IMG/VR virus record: IMGVR_UViG_2531839010_000002
Location: 9,765-73,764 of that record
Reading direction: 5' to 3' (one strand)
DNA from: a virus
Taxonomy: Duplodnaviria > Caudoviricetes
Length of the DNA stretch: 64,000 nt
Shown here: positions 28,027-37,412 of the stretch, in pieces
Numbering within the stretch: position 1 is the first letter of the stretch
Layout of the letters: every line of letters begins with the position of its first letter
The notes under the pieces: generated by a model
Told to the model about the DNA's origin: nothing
What the model saw: only the letters and a program-made list of their open reading frames with translations
Database searches by the model: none
Translations under genes and position numbers: made by a program

Positions 28027-29852
28027 AAAAGACATTGGACATCAAAAAGCTCATTTTGCTGAATATGCCGTATATCCTGCTGGGGCTGTTTGCTACCAAT
28101 TTTGGAGAGGCATGGCGAATGGCACAAGGGGCGGATGCTTCAGAAAAGTTTCTTTCGCTGATTGCGGTTCTGCCTGGGGCGCTGCAAAGTTTCTGGCCAA
28201 GCCTGCATCCATTGGACTTGTTGGTAGGACTGTGTTGTGGAGGCAGTCTGAGGCTGGCGGTGTATCTTAAAAGCAAGAACGCCAAGAAATATCGACATGG
28301 TTTGGAATATGGTTCGGCCCGCTGGGGAACCCGTGAGGATATTGCACCTTACGTTGATCCTGTATTTCAGAACAATGTGATCCTGACGAAAACGGAGAGC
28401 CTGACCATGAACAGCCGCCCCAAGGACCCCAAGACTGCCAGAAACAAAAATGTAATGGTGATTGGCGGCTCCGGTTCCGGTAAGACCCGATTCTGGCTGA
28501 AACCCAACCTGATGCAGATGCACAGCTCCTATGTTGTGACGGACCCGAAGGGAACAATTCTGGTGGAGTGCGGAAAAATGCTCCAAAGGGGTGCGCCCAA
28601 GCTGGGGAAGGACGGAAAGCCCATGAAGGATAAGCACGGCAAGGTCATTTATGAGCCGTACCGAATCAAGGTCCTAAATACAATCAACTTCAAGAAGTCC
28701 ATGCACTATAACCCTTTCGCCTATATCCATAGCGAAAAGGACATCTTGAAGCTGGTAACAACGCTGATCGCCAATACCAAAGGCGAAGGCAAGGCCGGAG
28801 ACGATTTCTGGGTAAAAGCAGAAACCTTGTTGTACTGCGCGCTTATTGGCTATATCCATTATGAGGCTCCGGTGGAGGAGCAGAACTTCTCCACCCTCAT
28901 TGAGTTCATCAATGCGATGGAAGTCCGTGAGGATGACGAGGAGTTCAAAAACCCCGTAGACCTGATGTTTGATGCACTGGAATCGGAAAAGCCAAACCAC
29001 TTCGCAGTGCGGCAGTATAAGAAATATAAGCTGGCCGCCGGCAAAACCGCTAAGTCGATTTTGATTTCCTGCGGTGCGCGTCTGGCCGTATTTGATATTG
29101 CGGAGCTGCGCGAGGTTACATCCTACGATGAGTTGGAACTGGATACGCTGGGAGACAGAAAAACGGCTCTGTTCCTCATTATGAGTGATACGGATGACAG
29201 TTTTAACTTTCTCATTTCCATGTGCTACACCCAGTTATTCAACCTGCTTTGTGAAAAGGCCGATGATGTGTATGGCGGCAGGCTTCCGGTTCATGTGCGC
29301 TGTCTGATTGATGAGTGTGCCAACATCGGGCAGATTCCGAAGCTGGAAAAGCTGGTGGCCACCATCCGAAGCCGTGAAATCTCTGCCTGTCTGGTGTTGC
29401 AGGCACAGAGCCAGCTCAAGGCAATTTACAAAGATAATGCCGATACCATCATCGGCAATATGGATACTTCCATCTTCCTGGGTGGCAAAGAGCCAACAAC
29501 GCTGAAAGAGCTGGCGGCTGTTCTGGGAAAGGAGACCATAGACACTTACAACACCGGAGAGAGCCGGGGACGGGAGACCTCCCACTCGCTTAACTATCAG
29601 AAATTGGGAAAAGAGCTGATGAGCCAGGACGAGCTGGCAGTTATGGATGGCGGCAAGTGCATCTTGCAGTTGCGCGGTGTGCGTCCGTTTCTTTCAGACA
29701 AGTATGACATTACCAGACACCCTAATTTCAAATACACAGCTGATGCAGACAAGCGAAATACCTTTGATATTGAAGCATTTTTGTCTGCCAGACTAAAACT
29801 CAAGCCTGATGAGGTCTGCGATGTATATGAAGTAGACACGGAGGGCGTGTAA
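28023..29852 (+). CDS. virD4: VirD4/TraG type IV coupling protein
   Basis: GGSGSGKT Walker A, VVTDPKG, LIDECANIG, QAQSQL. Confidence 0.93.
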   Translation: MKKTLDIKKLILLNMPYILLGLFATNFGEAWRMAQGADASEKFLSLIAVLPGALQSFWPSLHPLDLLVGLCCGGSLRLAVYLKSKNAKKYRHGLEYGSARWGTREDIAPYVDPVFQNNVILTKTESLTMNSRPKDPKTARNKNVMVIGGSGSGKTRFWLKPNLMQMHSSYVVTDPKGTILVECGKMLQRGAPKLGKDGKPMKDKHGKVIYEPYRIKVLNTINFKKSMHYNPFAYIHSEKDILKLVTTLIANTKGEGKAGDDFWVKAETLLYCALIGYIHYEAPVEEQNFSTLIEFINAMEVREDDEEFKNPVDLMFDALESEKPNHFAVRQYKKYKLAAGKTAKSILISCGARLAVFDIAELREVTSYDELELDTLGDRKTALFLIMSDTDDSFNFLISMCYTQLFNLLCEKADDVYGGRLPVHVRCLIDECANIGQIPKLEKLVATIRSREISACLVLQAQSQLKAIYKDNADTIIGNMDTSIFLGGKEPTTLKELAAVLGKETIDTYNTGESRGRETSHSLNYQKLGKELMSQDELAVMDGGKCILQLRGVRPFLSDKYDITRHPNFKYTADADKRNTFDIEAFLSARLKLKPDEVCDVYEVDTEGV

Positions 29853-29963
29853 TACGGTTCCGCTGAGAAAGGAGTGATCGTATCTATTTGCCGCAACTGC
29901 CTCAGTTGAGGCCATTGGCGTACAAAGCGGACAATCGCAAGAAAAATAATGAAAAAGGAGGAC

Positions 29964-30060
29964 AGCCGGAATCATGCCCCCGGAAACCGGGCGGCAGATT
30001 GTTCCGGCTTTTGTATGCCTATGAAACATGACAAACCTATTTTTTAATCAGATTCCGGCT
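29964..30060 (+). promoter_or_regulatory. Switchable hairpin (terminator versus long-range stem) upstream of maff2
   Basis: AGCCGGAATC (29964-73) can pair with TTCCGGCT+TTT (30002-12) or GATTCCGGCT (30051-60). Confidence 0.55.
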
Positions 30061-30070
30061 AACAAACTAT

Positions 30071-30289
30071 ATGGCATTTTTTGAACAGGCAATTACCGTT
30101 CTTCAGACTCTCGTTATCGCTCTGGGTGCTGGTCTTGGTATCTGGGGTGTCATCAACCTGTTGGAAGGTTACGGCAACGACAACCCTGGCGCCAAATCTC
30201 AGGGCATGAAGCAGCTTATGGCCGGTGCTGGTGTAGCCGTTGTTGGTATGGTTCTTGTACCTCTGCTCTCCGGGCTGTTCTCTGTCTAA
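30071..30289 (+). CDS. Maff2-family membrane protein (VirB2-like pilin candidate)
   Basis: NLLEGYGNDNPGAKSQGMKQLMAG; two TM segments. Confidence 0.85.
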   Translation: MAFFEQAITVLQTLVIALGAGLGIWGVINLLEGYGNDNPGAKSQGMKQLMAGAGVAVVGMVLVPLLSGLFSV

Positions 30290-30358
30290 GCGTTCCTGCA
30301 TGAAATCCTTGCCGCTCCCGCAGCTCTGCGGGGGCGGCGGAAAGGAGGTTGACACCGT

Positions 30359-31228
30359 ATGGATTTCTTACTTGAAGCCCTGACGAATTGGCTGAAAGAA
30401 ATGCTGGTGGGCGGTATTATGAGCAACCTTTCGGGGATGTTTGACAGTGTAAACCAACAGGTCGCGGATATATCCGTACAGGTAGGACAGACCCCACAGG
30501 GATGGAATGGCAGTATTTTCAATATGATTGAGAATCTGTCAAACTCCATCATGGTGCCGATTGCAGGTGTGATCCTGGCTATCGTGATGACCGTAGACCT
30601 GATCCAGATGATTGCAGACAAGAACAACCTGCATGATGTGGATACCTGGATGATTTTCAAGTGGGTGTTCAAATCAGCTGCCGCTATCCTCATTGTCACA
30701 AACACATGGAATATCGTGATGGGCGTCTTTGATATGGCGCAGAGCGTGGTGGCGCAGGCGGCAGGGATTATCAATTCGGATGCGTCCATTGACATTTCCT
30801 CAGTTATGACCGATCTGGAACCGAGACTGATGGAAATGGATTTGGGACCGCTGTTCGGCCTGTGGTTCCAATCCCTCTTTATTGGCATTACCATGTGGGC
30901 GTTATATATCTGTATCTTTATCGTTATTTATGGCCGTATGATCGAGATCTACCTTGTGACTTCGGTGGCTCCCGTTCCAATGGCTGCCATGATGGGCAAA
31001 GAATGGGGCGGTATGGGACAGAATTACCTCCGATCCCTGCTGGCACTGGGCTTTCAAGCGTTTCTCATTATCGTCTGCGTGGCAATTTATGCTGTGCTGG
31101 TGCAGAACATCGCTCTGGAAGATGACATCATCATGGCAATCTGGAGCTGCGTGGGCTACACCGTACTGCTATGTTTTACGCTGTTCAAAACCGGCAGTCT
31201 CGCCAAATCAGTCTTTCAGGCGCACTAA
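30359..31228 (+). CDS. VirB6/TrbL-like membrane protein
   Basis: YGRMIEIYL..SVAP, GQNYLRSLLALGFQ. Confidence 0.85.
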   Translation: MDFLLEALTNWLKEMLVGGIMSNLSGMFDSVNQQVADISVQVGQTPQGWNGSIFNMIENLSNSIMVPIAGVILAIVMTVDLIQMIADKNNLHDVDTWMIFKWVFKSAAAILIVTNTWNIVMGVFDMAQSVVAQAAGIINSDASIDISSVMTDLEPRLMEMDLGPLFGLWFQSLFIGITMWALYICIFIVIYGRMIEIYLVTSVAPVPMAAMMGKEWGGMGQNYLRSLLALGFQAFLIIVCVAIYAVLVQNIALEDDIIMAIWSCVGYTVLLCFTLFKTGSLAKSVFQAH

Positions 31229-31248
31229 AACGGAAGGAGGTTTCCACA

Positions 31249-31704
31249 TTGGCTTATGTACCCGTACCCAAGGACTTAACAAAAGTCAAAACAAAGGTCA
31301 TGTTCAATCTGACCAAGCGGCAGCTTATCTGCTTTACGGGCGGAGCGCTTATTGGCGTACCGCTTTTCTTTTTGCTCAGAAAACCTACCGGAAACAGTGT
31401 AGCGGCTATGTGTATGATGCTGGTTATGCTGCCCTTCTTTATGCTGGCTATGTACGAAAAGCATGGACAGCCCCTGGAAAAGATCGTGGGCAACATTCTC
31501 AAAGTAGCTGTGATCCGTCCCAAGCAGCGTCCCTACCAGACCAATAACTTTTATGCCGTATTAAAGCGGCAGGAAATGCTCGATAAGGAGGTGTATGACA
31601 TTGTTCACCGCAATAAAAAAATGGCTGCATCGGATGTTCGGAAAAACCGAGGAAAAAACTGTGCAGCCGGTAAAGACAAAGAAAAAGCTGTCCCGCGCCG
31701 ATAA
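31249..31704 (+). CDS. prgI: PrgI-family protein
   Basis: VPVPKDL..VKTKV.FNLTKRQL; two TM; TTG start with SD. Confidence 0.85.
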   Translation: MAYVPVPKDLTKVKTKVMFNLTKRQLICFTGGALIGVPLFFLLRKPTGNSVAAMCMMLVMLPFFMLAMYEKHGQPLEKIVGNILKVAVIRPKQRPYQTNNFYAVLKRQEMLDKEVYDIVHRNKKMAASDVRKNRGKNCAAGKDKEKAVPRR

Positions 31705-34063
31705 GAAGCAGATCGAAGCGGCCATTGCCCGCGCTAACCGCACGGACAAAAAAGGAAAATCTGCGCAGGACAGTATCCCTTATGAACGGATGTGGCCGGA
31801 CGGAATCTGCCGCGTATCGGACAGCCACTACACAAAGACCATCCAGTTTCAGGACATCAACTATCAGCTCTCCCAAAACGAAGATAAGACGGCAATCTTT
31901 GAGGGGTGGTGTGATTTCCTCAATTATTTTGACAGCTCGATTCATTTCCAGCTGTCTTTTTTGAACCTTGCGGCATCGGAGGAGACCTTTGCTAACTCCA
32001 TTTCCATCCCGCCCCAGAGGGACGCCTTTGACAGTATCCGCGAGGAATACACCACAATGCTGCAAAATCAGCTGGCCAGAGGTAACAACGGTCTCATCAA
32101 GACCAAATACCTGACCTTTGGTATCGACGCGGACAGCATCAAAGCCGCCAAGCCCCGTCTGGAGCGTATTGAGACCGATATACTTAATAACTTCAAGCGT
32201 CTTGGTGTAGCTGCCAGAACGCTGGACGGTAAAGAAAGGCTTTTTCAGCTTCATGCGGTATTCCACATGGATGAACAACTCCCGTTTCTGTTTGAATGGG
32301 ACTGGCTGGCTCCTTCCGGTCTGTCCACAAAGGATTTTATTGCACCAAGCTCCTTTGAGTTCCGCACCGGCAAGCAGTTCCGTATGGGCAAGAAATACGG
32401 GGCTGTTTCTTTTTTGCAGATTCTCGCACCGGAGCTGAATGACCGTTTGCTGGCTGATTTTCTGGATATGGAAAGCTCGCTCATTGTGAGTATGCACATT
32501 CAGTCGGTGGATCAGGTGAAAGCCATCAAAACGGTAAAGCGAAAGATTACCGACCTTGACCGCAGCAAGATCGAGGAACAGAAAAAAGCAGTCCGTGCCG
32601 GATACGACATGGACATCATTCCATCTGACCTTGCTACCTACGGCAGTGAAGCGAAAAAACTCTTGCAGGATTTGCAGAGCCGCAACGAGAGAATGTTCCT
32701 TTTGACCTTTCTGGTGCTGAACACAGCGGACAATCCCCGTCAGCTTGGCAACAACATCTTTCAGGCAGGCTCTATTGCCCAGAAGTATAACTGTCAGCTG
32801 ACCAGGCTGGACTTCCAGCAGGAAGAAGGGCTGATGAGCTGTCTGCCTCTGGGTCTCAATCAGATTGAGATTCAGCGAGGACTGACCACCAGTTCCACAG
32901 CTATCTTTGTGCCCTTCACTACGCAGGAACTGTTCCAGAACGGGAAAGAAGCTCTGTACTACGGCATCAATGCTCTGTCCAACAACCTCATCATGGTGGA
33001 CAGAAAGCTGCTGAAAAACCCCAACGGCCTGATTCTGGGTACGCCGGGTTCCGGTAAGTCCTTCAGCGCAAAACGAGAAATTGCCAACTGCTTTTTGCTT
33101 ACCAGTGATGATGTTATTATCTGTGACCCGGAAGCGGAGTACGCACCTCTTGTTGAGCGTCTGCATGGGCAGGTCATCAAGATCTCGCCTACTTCAACTA
33201 ACTACATCAATCCGATGGATCTGAATCTGGACTATTCGGATGATGAAAGCCCGCTGTCACTCAAGTCTGACTTTATCCTCAGCTTGTGTGAGCTGATCAT
33301 GGGCGGTAAGGAGGGCTTGCAGCCGGTGCAGAAAACCATTATTGACCGTTGTGTACGGCTGGTTTACAACGAATATCTCAATGACCCAAAGCCGGAGAAT
33401 ATGCCGATTTTGGAGGACCTTTATAACTTGCTGCGGGAGCAGGAAGAAAAAGAAGCTCAGTACATTGCAACGGCATTGGAAATCTATGTAACGGGTTCTT
33501 TGAATGTGTTCAATCATCAGAGCAATGTGGACATTGATAACCGGATTGTCTGCTATGACATCAAGGAACTGGGCAAGCAGCTTAAAAAAATCGGTATGCT
33601 GGTAGTTCAGGATCAGGTGTGGAACCGCGTTACCATCAACCGTGCCGCCCACAAGTCCACCCGTTACTACATCGACGAGATGCACCTGCTTTTGAAGGAG
33701 GAGCAGACCGCCGCCTATACGGTGGAAATCTGGAAGCGATTCAGAAAATGGGGCGGCATCCCCACCGGAATCACGCAGAACGTCAAAGATCTGCTTTCCA
33801 GCCGCGAGGTGGAAAATATCTTTGAAAATTCCGACTTCGTGTATATGCTCAACCAGGCAGGCGGAGACCGTCAGATCCTCGCCAAGCAGCTGGGTATTTC
33901 CACACACCAATTATCTTATGTGACCCACTCCGGTGAGGGCGAGGGCCTGCTGTTTTATGGCTCTACAATCCTGCCTTTCGTGGATCACTTCCCGAAGAAT
34001 ACCGAGCTTTACCGCATTATGACCACCAAACCCCAGGAACTGAAAAAGAAGGAGGATGAATGA
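31595..34063 (+). CDS. virB4: VirB4/TrsE conjugation ATPase
   Basis: GTPGSGKS, CDPEAEY, IDEMH, RKWGGIPTGITQN. Confidence 0.93.
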   Translation: MTLFTAIKKWLHRMFGKTEEKTVQPVKTKKKLSRADKKQIEAAIARANRTDKKGKSAQDSIPYERMWPDGICRVSDSHYTKTIQFQDINYQLSQNEDKTAIFEGWCDFLNYFDSSIHFQLSFLNLAASEETFANSISIPPQRDAFDSIREEYTTMLQNQLARGNNGLIKTKYLTFGIDADSIKAAKPRLERIETDILNNFKRLGVAARTLDGKERLFQLHAVFHMDEQLPFLFEWDWLAPSGLSTKDFIAPSSFEFRTGKQFRMGKKYGAVSFLQILAPELNDRLLADFLDMESSLIVSMHIQSVDQVKAIKTVKRKITDLDRSKIEEQKKAVRAGYDMDIIPSDLATYGSEAKKLLQDLQSRNERMFLLTFLVLNTADNPRQLGNNIFQAGSIAQKYNCQLTRLDFQQEEGLMSCLPLGLNQIEIQRGLTTSSTAIFVPFTTQELFQNGKEALYYGINALSNNLIMVDRKLLKNPNGLILGTPGSGKSFSAKREIANCFLLTSDDVIICDPEAEYAPLVERLHGQVIKISPTSTNYINPMDLNLDYSDDESPLSLKSDFILSLCELIMGGKEGLQPVQKTIIDRCVRLVYNEYLNDPKPENMPILEDLYNLLREQEEKEAQYIATALEIYVTGSLNVFNHQSNVDIDNRIVCYDIKELGKQLKKIGMLVVQDQVWNRVTINRAAHKSTRYYIDEMHLLLKEEQTAAYTVEIWKRFRKWGGIPTGITQNVKDLLSSREVENIFENSDFVYMLNQAGGDRQILAKQLGISTHQLSYVTHSGEGEGLLFYGSTILPFVDHFPKNTELYRIMTTKPQELKKKEDE

Positions 34064-34443
34064 TGATGAACCCCAACATTTTGAATAAAAATCCGCTGAT
34101 GTTTTTTGACAGGGCGGTAAATGCCCAGCGCAGCCAGCTGCTTACGGTCATGGCCGATGCGGTCAGCGAGTGTCGCACGGCGGCAGACCAGGCAGCCGAA
34201 CTGAATGAGACCGGTCAGGTGGGGCTTATCCGTCTGGCAGAGATCTGGAGCGCCATCCGTGCCAAGGAAGGTATGGGTGGTCTGGTCCTGGAAGGAACCG
34301 AAGCGAAGATCCTGTCCGATGTGGTGGCACAGTTTTATGCCTACCTGTCCGGCTGTATGTTCAACGATCCGGTGGGAATGGCCATTTATGCAGAGCTGCA
34401 CTACATGATGTCCTCCCTCATGCTGGGAGAATGGTTTGAATAA
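34060..34443 (+). CDS. ICE conserved hypothetical protein
   Basis: Between VirB4 and hydrolase, overlapping both. Confidence 0.7.
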   Translation: MMMNPNILNKNPLMFFDRAVNAQRSQLLTVMADAVSECRTAADQAAELNETGQVGLIRLAEIWSAIRAKEGMGGLVLEGTEAKILSDVVAQFYAYLSGCMFNDPVGMAIYAELHYMMSSLMLGEWFE

Positions 34444-36172
34444 GGAACCGCGCCTGCGCTTTACTGATGAGGAACGGTCTGACCCTGCACTGGAAAAGCC
34501 GATCCGTAAAGCGGAGAAAGCTGCGGCCAGAGCAGATAAGGCGCAGGCCAATATCCCAAAGAAAAAGGTCAGGCAGACGGTCATTGACCCGGATACCGGA
34601 AAAAAGACCTCGAAGCTGACCTTTGAGGACAAGAAAAAGCCACCTTCCAAAGTTTCTCAAGGAGTCAGGGAAGCTCCCGTCCATCTGGTCGTGGGCAAGC
34701 TCCACAAAGAGATCCGGGAAACAGAGCAGGACAATGTGGGCGTGGAAAGCGCCCACAAGTCCGAGGAGGCGGTGGAGACCGGCGCTTATCTGGTGCGGGA
34801 GGGCTATCGCAGCCACAAGCTGAAGCCGTACCGCAAAGCAGCACAGGCAGAGCGTCAACTGGAAAAGGCAAATGTAAATGTTCTGTACCAGAAATCTTTG
34901 CAGGAAAATCCCCAGTTTGCCAGCAATCCGCTTTCCCGCTGGCAGCAAAAGCAGGCCATCAAAAGGCAGTATGCCGCCGCCAAACACGCCGGTCAGACTG
35001 CCGGAAATACCGCCCAGGCTGCGTCCAAAACCGGAAAAGTCGCAAGGACGGTAAAAGAAAAGGCACAGCAGGCAGGGGCATTCGTCATGCGCCACAAGAA
35101 GGGTTTCCTGATGGCAGGGGTTTTGTTCCTCATTACCTGTATGCTGATGAATACCATGTCCTCCTGCTCCATGATGGCGCAGAGCATCGGTTCCGTTCTC
35201 TCCGGCACCACCTATCCGTCGGATGACCCGGAAATGCTGGCAGTGGAGGCAGATTATGCAGCCAGAGAAGTCCAGTTGCAGAAGGAAATCGACAACATTG
35301 AAAGCAGCCACCCAGGGTATGACGAGTATCGCTATGACCTTGGTATGATCGGCCATGACCCTCATGAGCTGGCAGCATTTCTGTCTGCCGTCTTGCAAGG
35401 TTACACCCAGCAGAGCGCTCAGGCAGAGCTGGCGCGTGTGTTTGCAGCACAGTATCAGCTGACGCTTACTGAGGAAGTGGAGATTCGCTACCGCACGGAG
35501 ACCTCCACCGACCCGGAGACCGGCGAGACCACCTCAGAAGAAGTCCCCTATGAGTATTACATTTTGAATGTGAAACTCACCAGCAAGCCCATTTCCGCTG
35601 TGGCGTCGGAGTTACTGACCCCGGAGCAGATGGAAATGTATCAGGTTTACCGGCAGACCATGGGCAATAAGCCGCTGTTGTTTGGCGGTGGTTCCCCTGA
35701 CATGAGCAATTCCGAGGACTTGACCGGTGTACAGTTCGTAAATGGAACCCGTCCCGGAAATCCGCAGTTGGTGGAGCTGGCCAAGCGTCAGGTCGGCAAT
35801 GTGGGCGGCTATCCTTATTGGAGCTGGTATGGCTTTGACAGCCGCGTGGAGTGGTGCGCCTGCTTTGTATCCTGGTGTTATAACCAGGCTGGAAAAAGTG
35901 AGCCGCGCTTTGCAGGCTGTGAGTGGCAGGGCGTTCCGTGGTTCCAGTCTCATGGACAATGGGGTGCAAGAGGCTATAACAATCTGGCTCCCGGAGATGC
36001 AATTTTCTTTGATTGGGATTTGGATGGGACAGCAGACCATGTGGGTATCGTGATCGGTACGGATGGTAGCCGTGTTTATACGGTGGAGGGAAATTCCGGC
36101 GATGCCTGCAAGATCAAAAGTTATGACCTGAATTATCAAAGTATTAAGGGCTACGGCCTGATGAACTGGTAA
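34436..36172 (+). CDS. Conjugative peptidoglycan hydrolase, C-terminal CHAP domain
   Basis: WCACFVSW, DHVGIV, TVEGNS; internal TM helix. Confidence 0.88.
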   Translation: MNKEPRLRFTDEERSDPALEKPIRKAEKAAARADKAQANIPKKKVRQTVIDPDTGKKTSKLTFEDKKKPPSKVSQGVREAPVHLVVGKLHKEIRETEQDNVGVESAHKSEEAVETGAYLVREGYRSHKLKPYRKAAQAERQLEKANVNVLYQKSLQENPQFASNPLSRWQQKQAIKRQYAAAKHAGQTAGNTAQAASKTGKVARTVKEKAQQAGAFVMRHKKGFLMAGVLFLITCMLMNTMSSCSMMAQSIGSVLSGTTYPSDDPEMLAVEADYAAREVQLQKEIDNIESSHPGYDEYRYDLGMIGHDPHELAAFLSAVLQGYTQQSAQAELARVFAAQYQLTLTEEVEIRYRTETSTDPETGETTSEEVPYEYYILNVKLTSKPISAVASELLTPEQMEMYQVYRQTMGNKPLLFGGGSPDMSNSEDLTGVQFVNGTRPGNPQLVELAKRQVGNVGGYPYWSWYGFDSRVEWCACFVSWCYNQAGKSEPRFAGCEWQGVPWFQSHGQWGARGYNNLAPGDAIFFDWDLDGTADHVGIVIGTDGSRVYTVEGNSGDACKIKSYDLNYQSIKGYGLMNW

Positions 36173-36200
36173 CAGACTTTGTGGAAAGGAGTGAACGGTT

Positions 36201-36458
36201 ATGGCAAAAAACAAAATTGAACGTATCGACCAGGAAATTGAGAAAACCCGTGAGAAGATTGCGGAATATCAGGAAAAGCTCAAGACCCTGGAAGCACAGA
36301 AAACGGAGGCAGAGAATCTGGAAATCGTTCAGATGGTTCGTGCGTTACGCATGACTCCAGCACAGCTGAACGCTATGCTTTCCGGTGGAATGAACCACGG
36401 CAGAGATACAGCACTGTCGGAATCAAATAATCAGGAGGCTACCGCTTATGAAGAATAA
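36201..36458 (+). CDS. Small coiled-coil ICE protein
   Basis: EAENLEIV motif. Confidence 0.7.
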   Translation: MAKNKIERIDQEIEKTREKIAEYQEKLKTLEAQKTEAENLEIVQMVRALRMTPAQLNAMLSGGMNHGRDTALSESNNQEATAYEE

Positions 36459-37212
36459 AAGAATTTGCAAAACACTTTCCGCCCTTTGCCTGACAATGGT
36501 TGTGGCATTTGGCTTTACGATCCCTGCTTTCGCACAGGGGTCAGAACAGGCTCCGGCGGCACCGGCAGAGGATTCTACCAATGACAGCAATGTGATTGTG
36601 GAAGAAGCAGAACCGGCACCGGCACTTACACCAGATGGCAATGCCGCTCTGGTGGATGATTTTGGTGGCAATAAGCAGCTCATTACCGTTACCACCAAGG
36701 CTGGCAACTATTTTTACATTTTGATCGACAGGGCTAATGAGGATAAAAAGACTGCTGTTCACTTTCTGAACCAGGTGGATGAAGCAGATTTGATGGCATT
36801 GATGGAAGATGAAAATGTCAAAGAGGAGCCGGCTGCTGTGTGTAGCTGCACGACAAAATGTGAAGCAGGGGCAGTCAATACGGCCTGCCCGGTCTGCGCA
36901 ACTGATAAGAGTAAATGTACGGGCAAAGCACCGGAACCTCCGGCAGAAACATCGGAGCCGGAAAAAGAGAAGCCTGCCGGATTGAACCCGGCTGCGCTGG
37001 TCCTTTTGCTGGCTCTGCTTGGTTGCGGTGGCGTATTTGCCTACTTGAAGCTCGTTAAGAACAAGCCTAAGACCAAGGGCAATGACAGTCTGGACGATTA
37101 TGATTATGGCGAGGAGGATTCCGAGGAATGGGAAACCGAGGATGAGGAGTCGGACGAGCCGGACGCTGACGGGGGCAGCACAGAAGAAGATGATGAGGAC
37201 AGTGTGAAATGA
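36448..37212 (+). CDS. Surface/membrane ICE protein with signal peptide and acidic tail
   Basis: [32 protein letters not shown]. Confidence 0.75.
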   Translation: MKNKRICKTLSALCLTMVVAFGFTIPAFAQGSEQAPAAPAEDSTNDSNVIVEEAEPAPALTPDGNAALVDDFGGNKQLITVTTKAGNYFYILIDRANEDKKTAVHFLNQVDEADLMALMEDENVKEEPAAVCSCTTKCEAGAVNTACPVCATDKSKCTGKAPEPPAETSEPEKEKPAGLNPAALVLLLALLGCGGVFAYLKLVKNKPKTKGNDSLDDYDYGEEDSEEWETEDEESDEPDADGGSTEEDDEDSVK

Positions 37213-37412
37213 CCCGTTTCACAGACAGTCCCTATGAACGCATGATGACACGCAGGCCGGAGGGCGGGAAGGAAACTTCCCGTCCTCCTTCTTTACCCCA
37301 CAGCCACCCCTGCTATGGTTGCGGGAATTATGGAAGACCCTGCGTAGGTATCTGTCACCGGGAAATGTCCCGATGGCTCAAAGAGAGGAGGAACCATCAT
37401 GGCTCAACATAA
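37209..37412 (+). CDS. Small Cys-containing hypothetical protein
   Basis: Overlapping start/stop coupling; CYGC..C..C. Confidence 0.55.
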   Translation: MTRFTDSPYERMMTRRPEGGKETSRPPSLPHSHPCYGCGNYGRPCVGICHREMSRWLKERRNHHGST

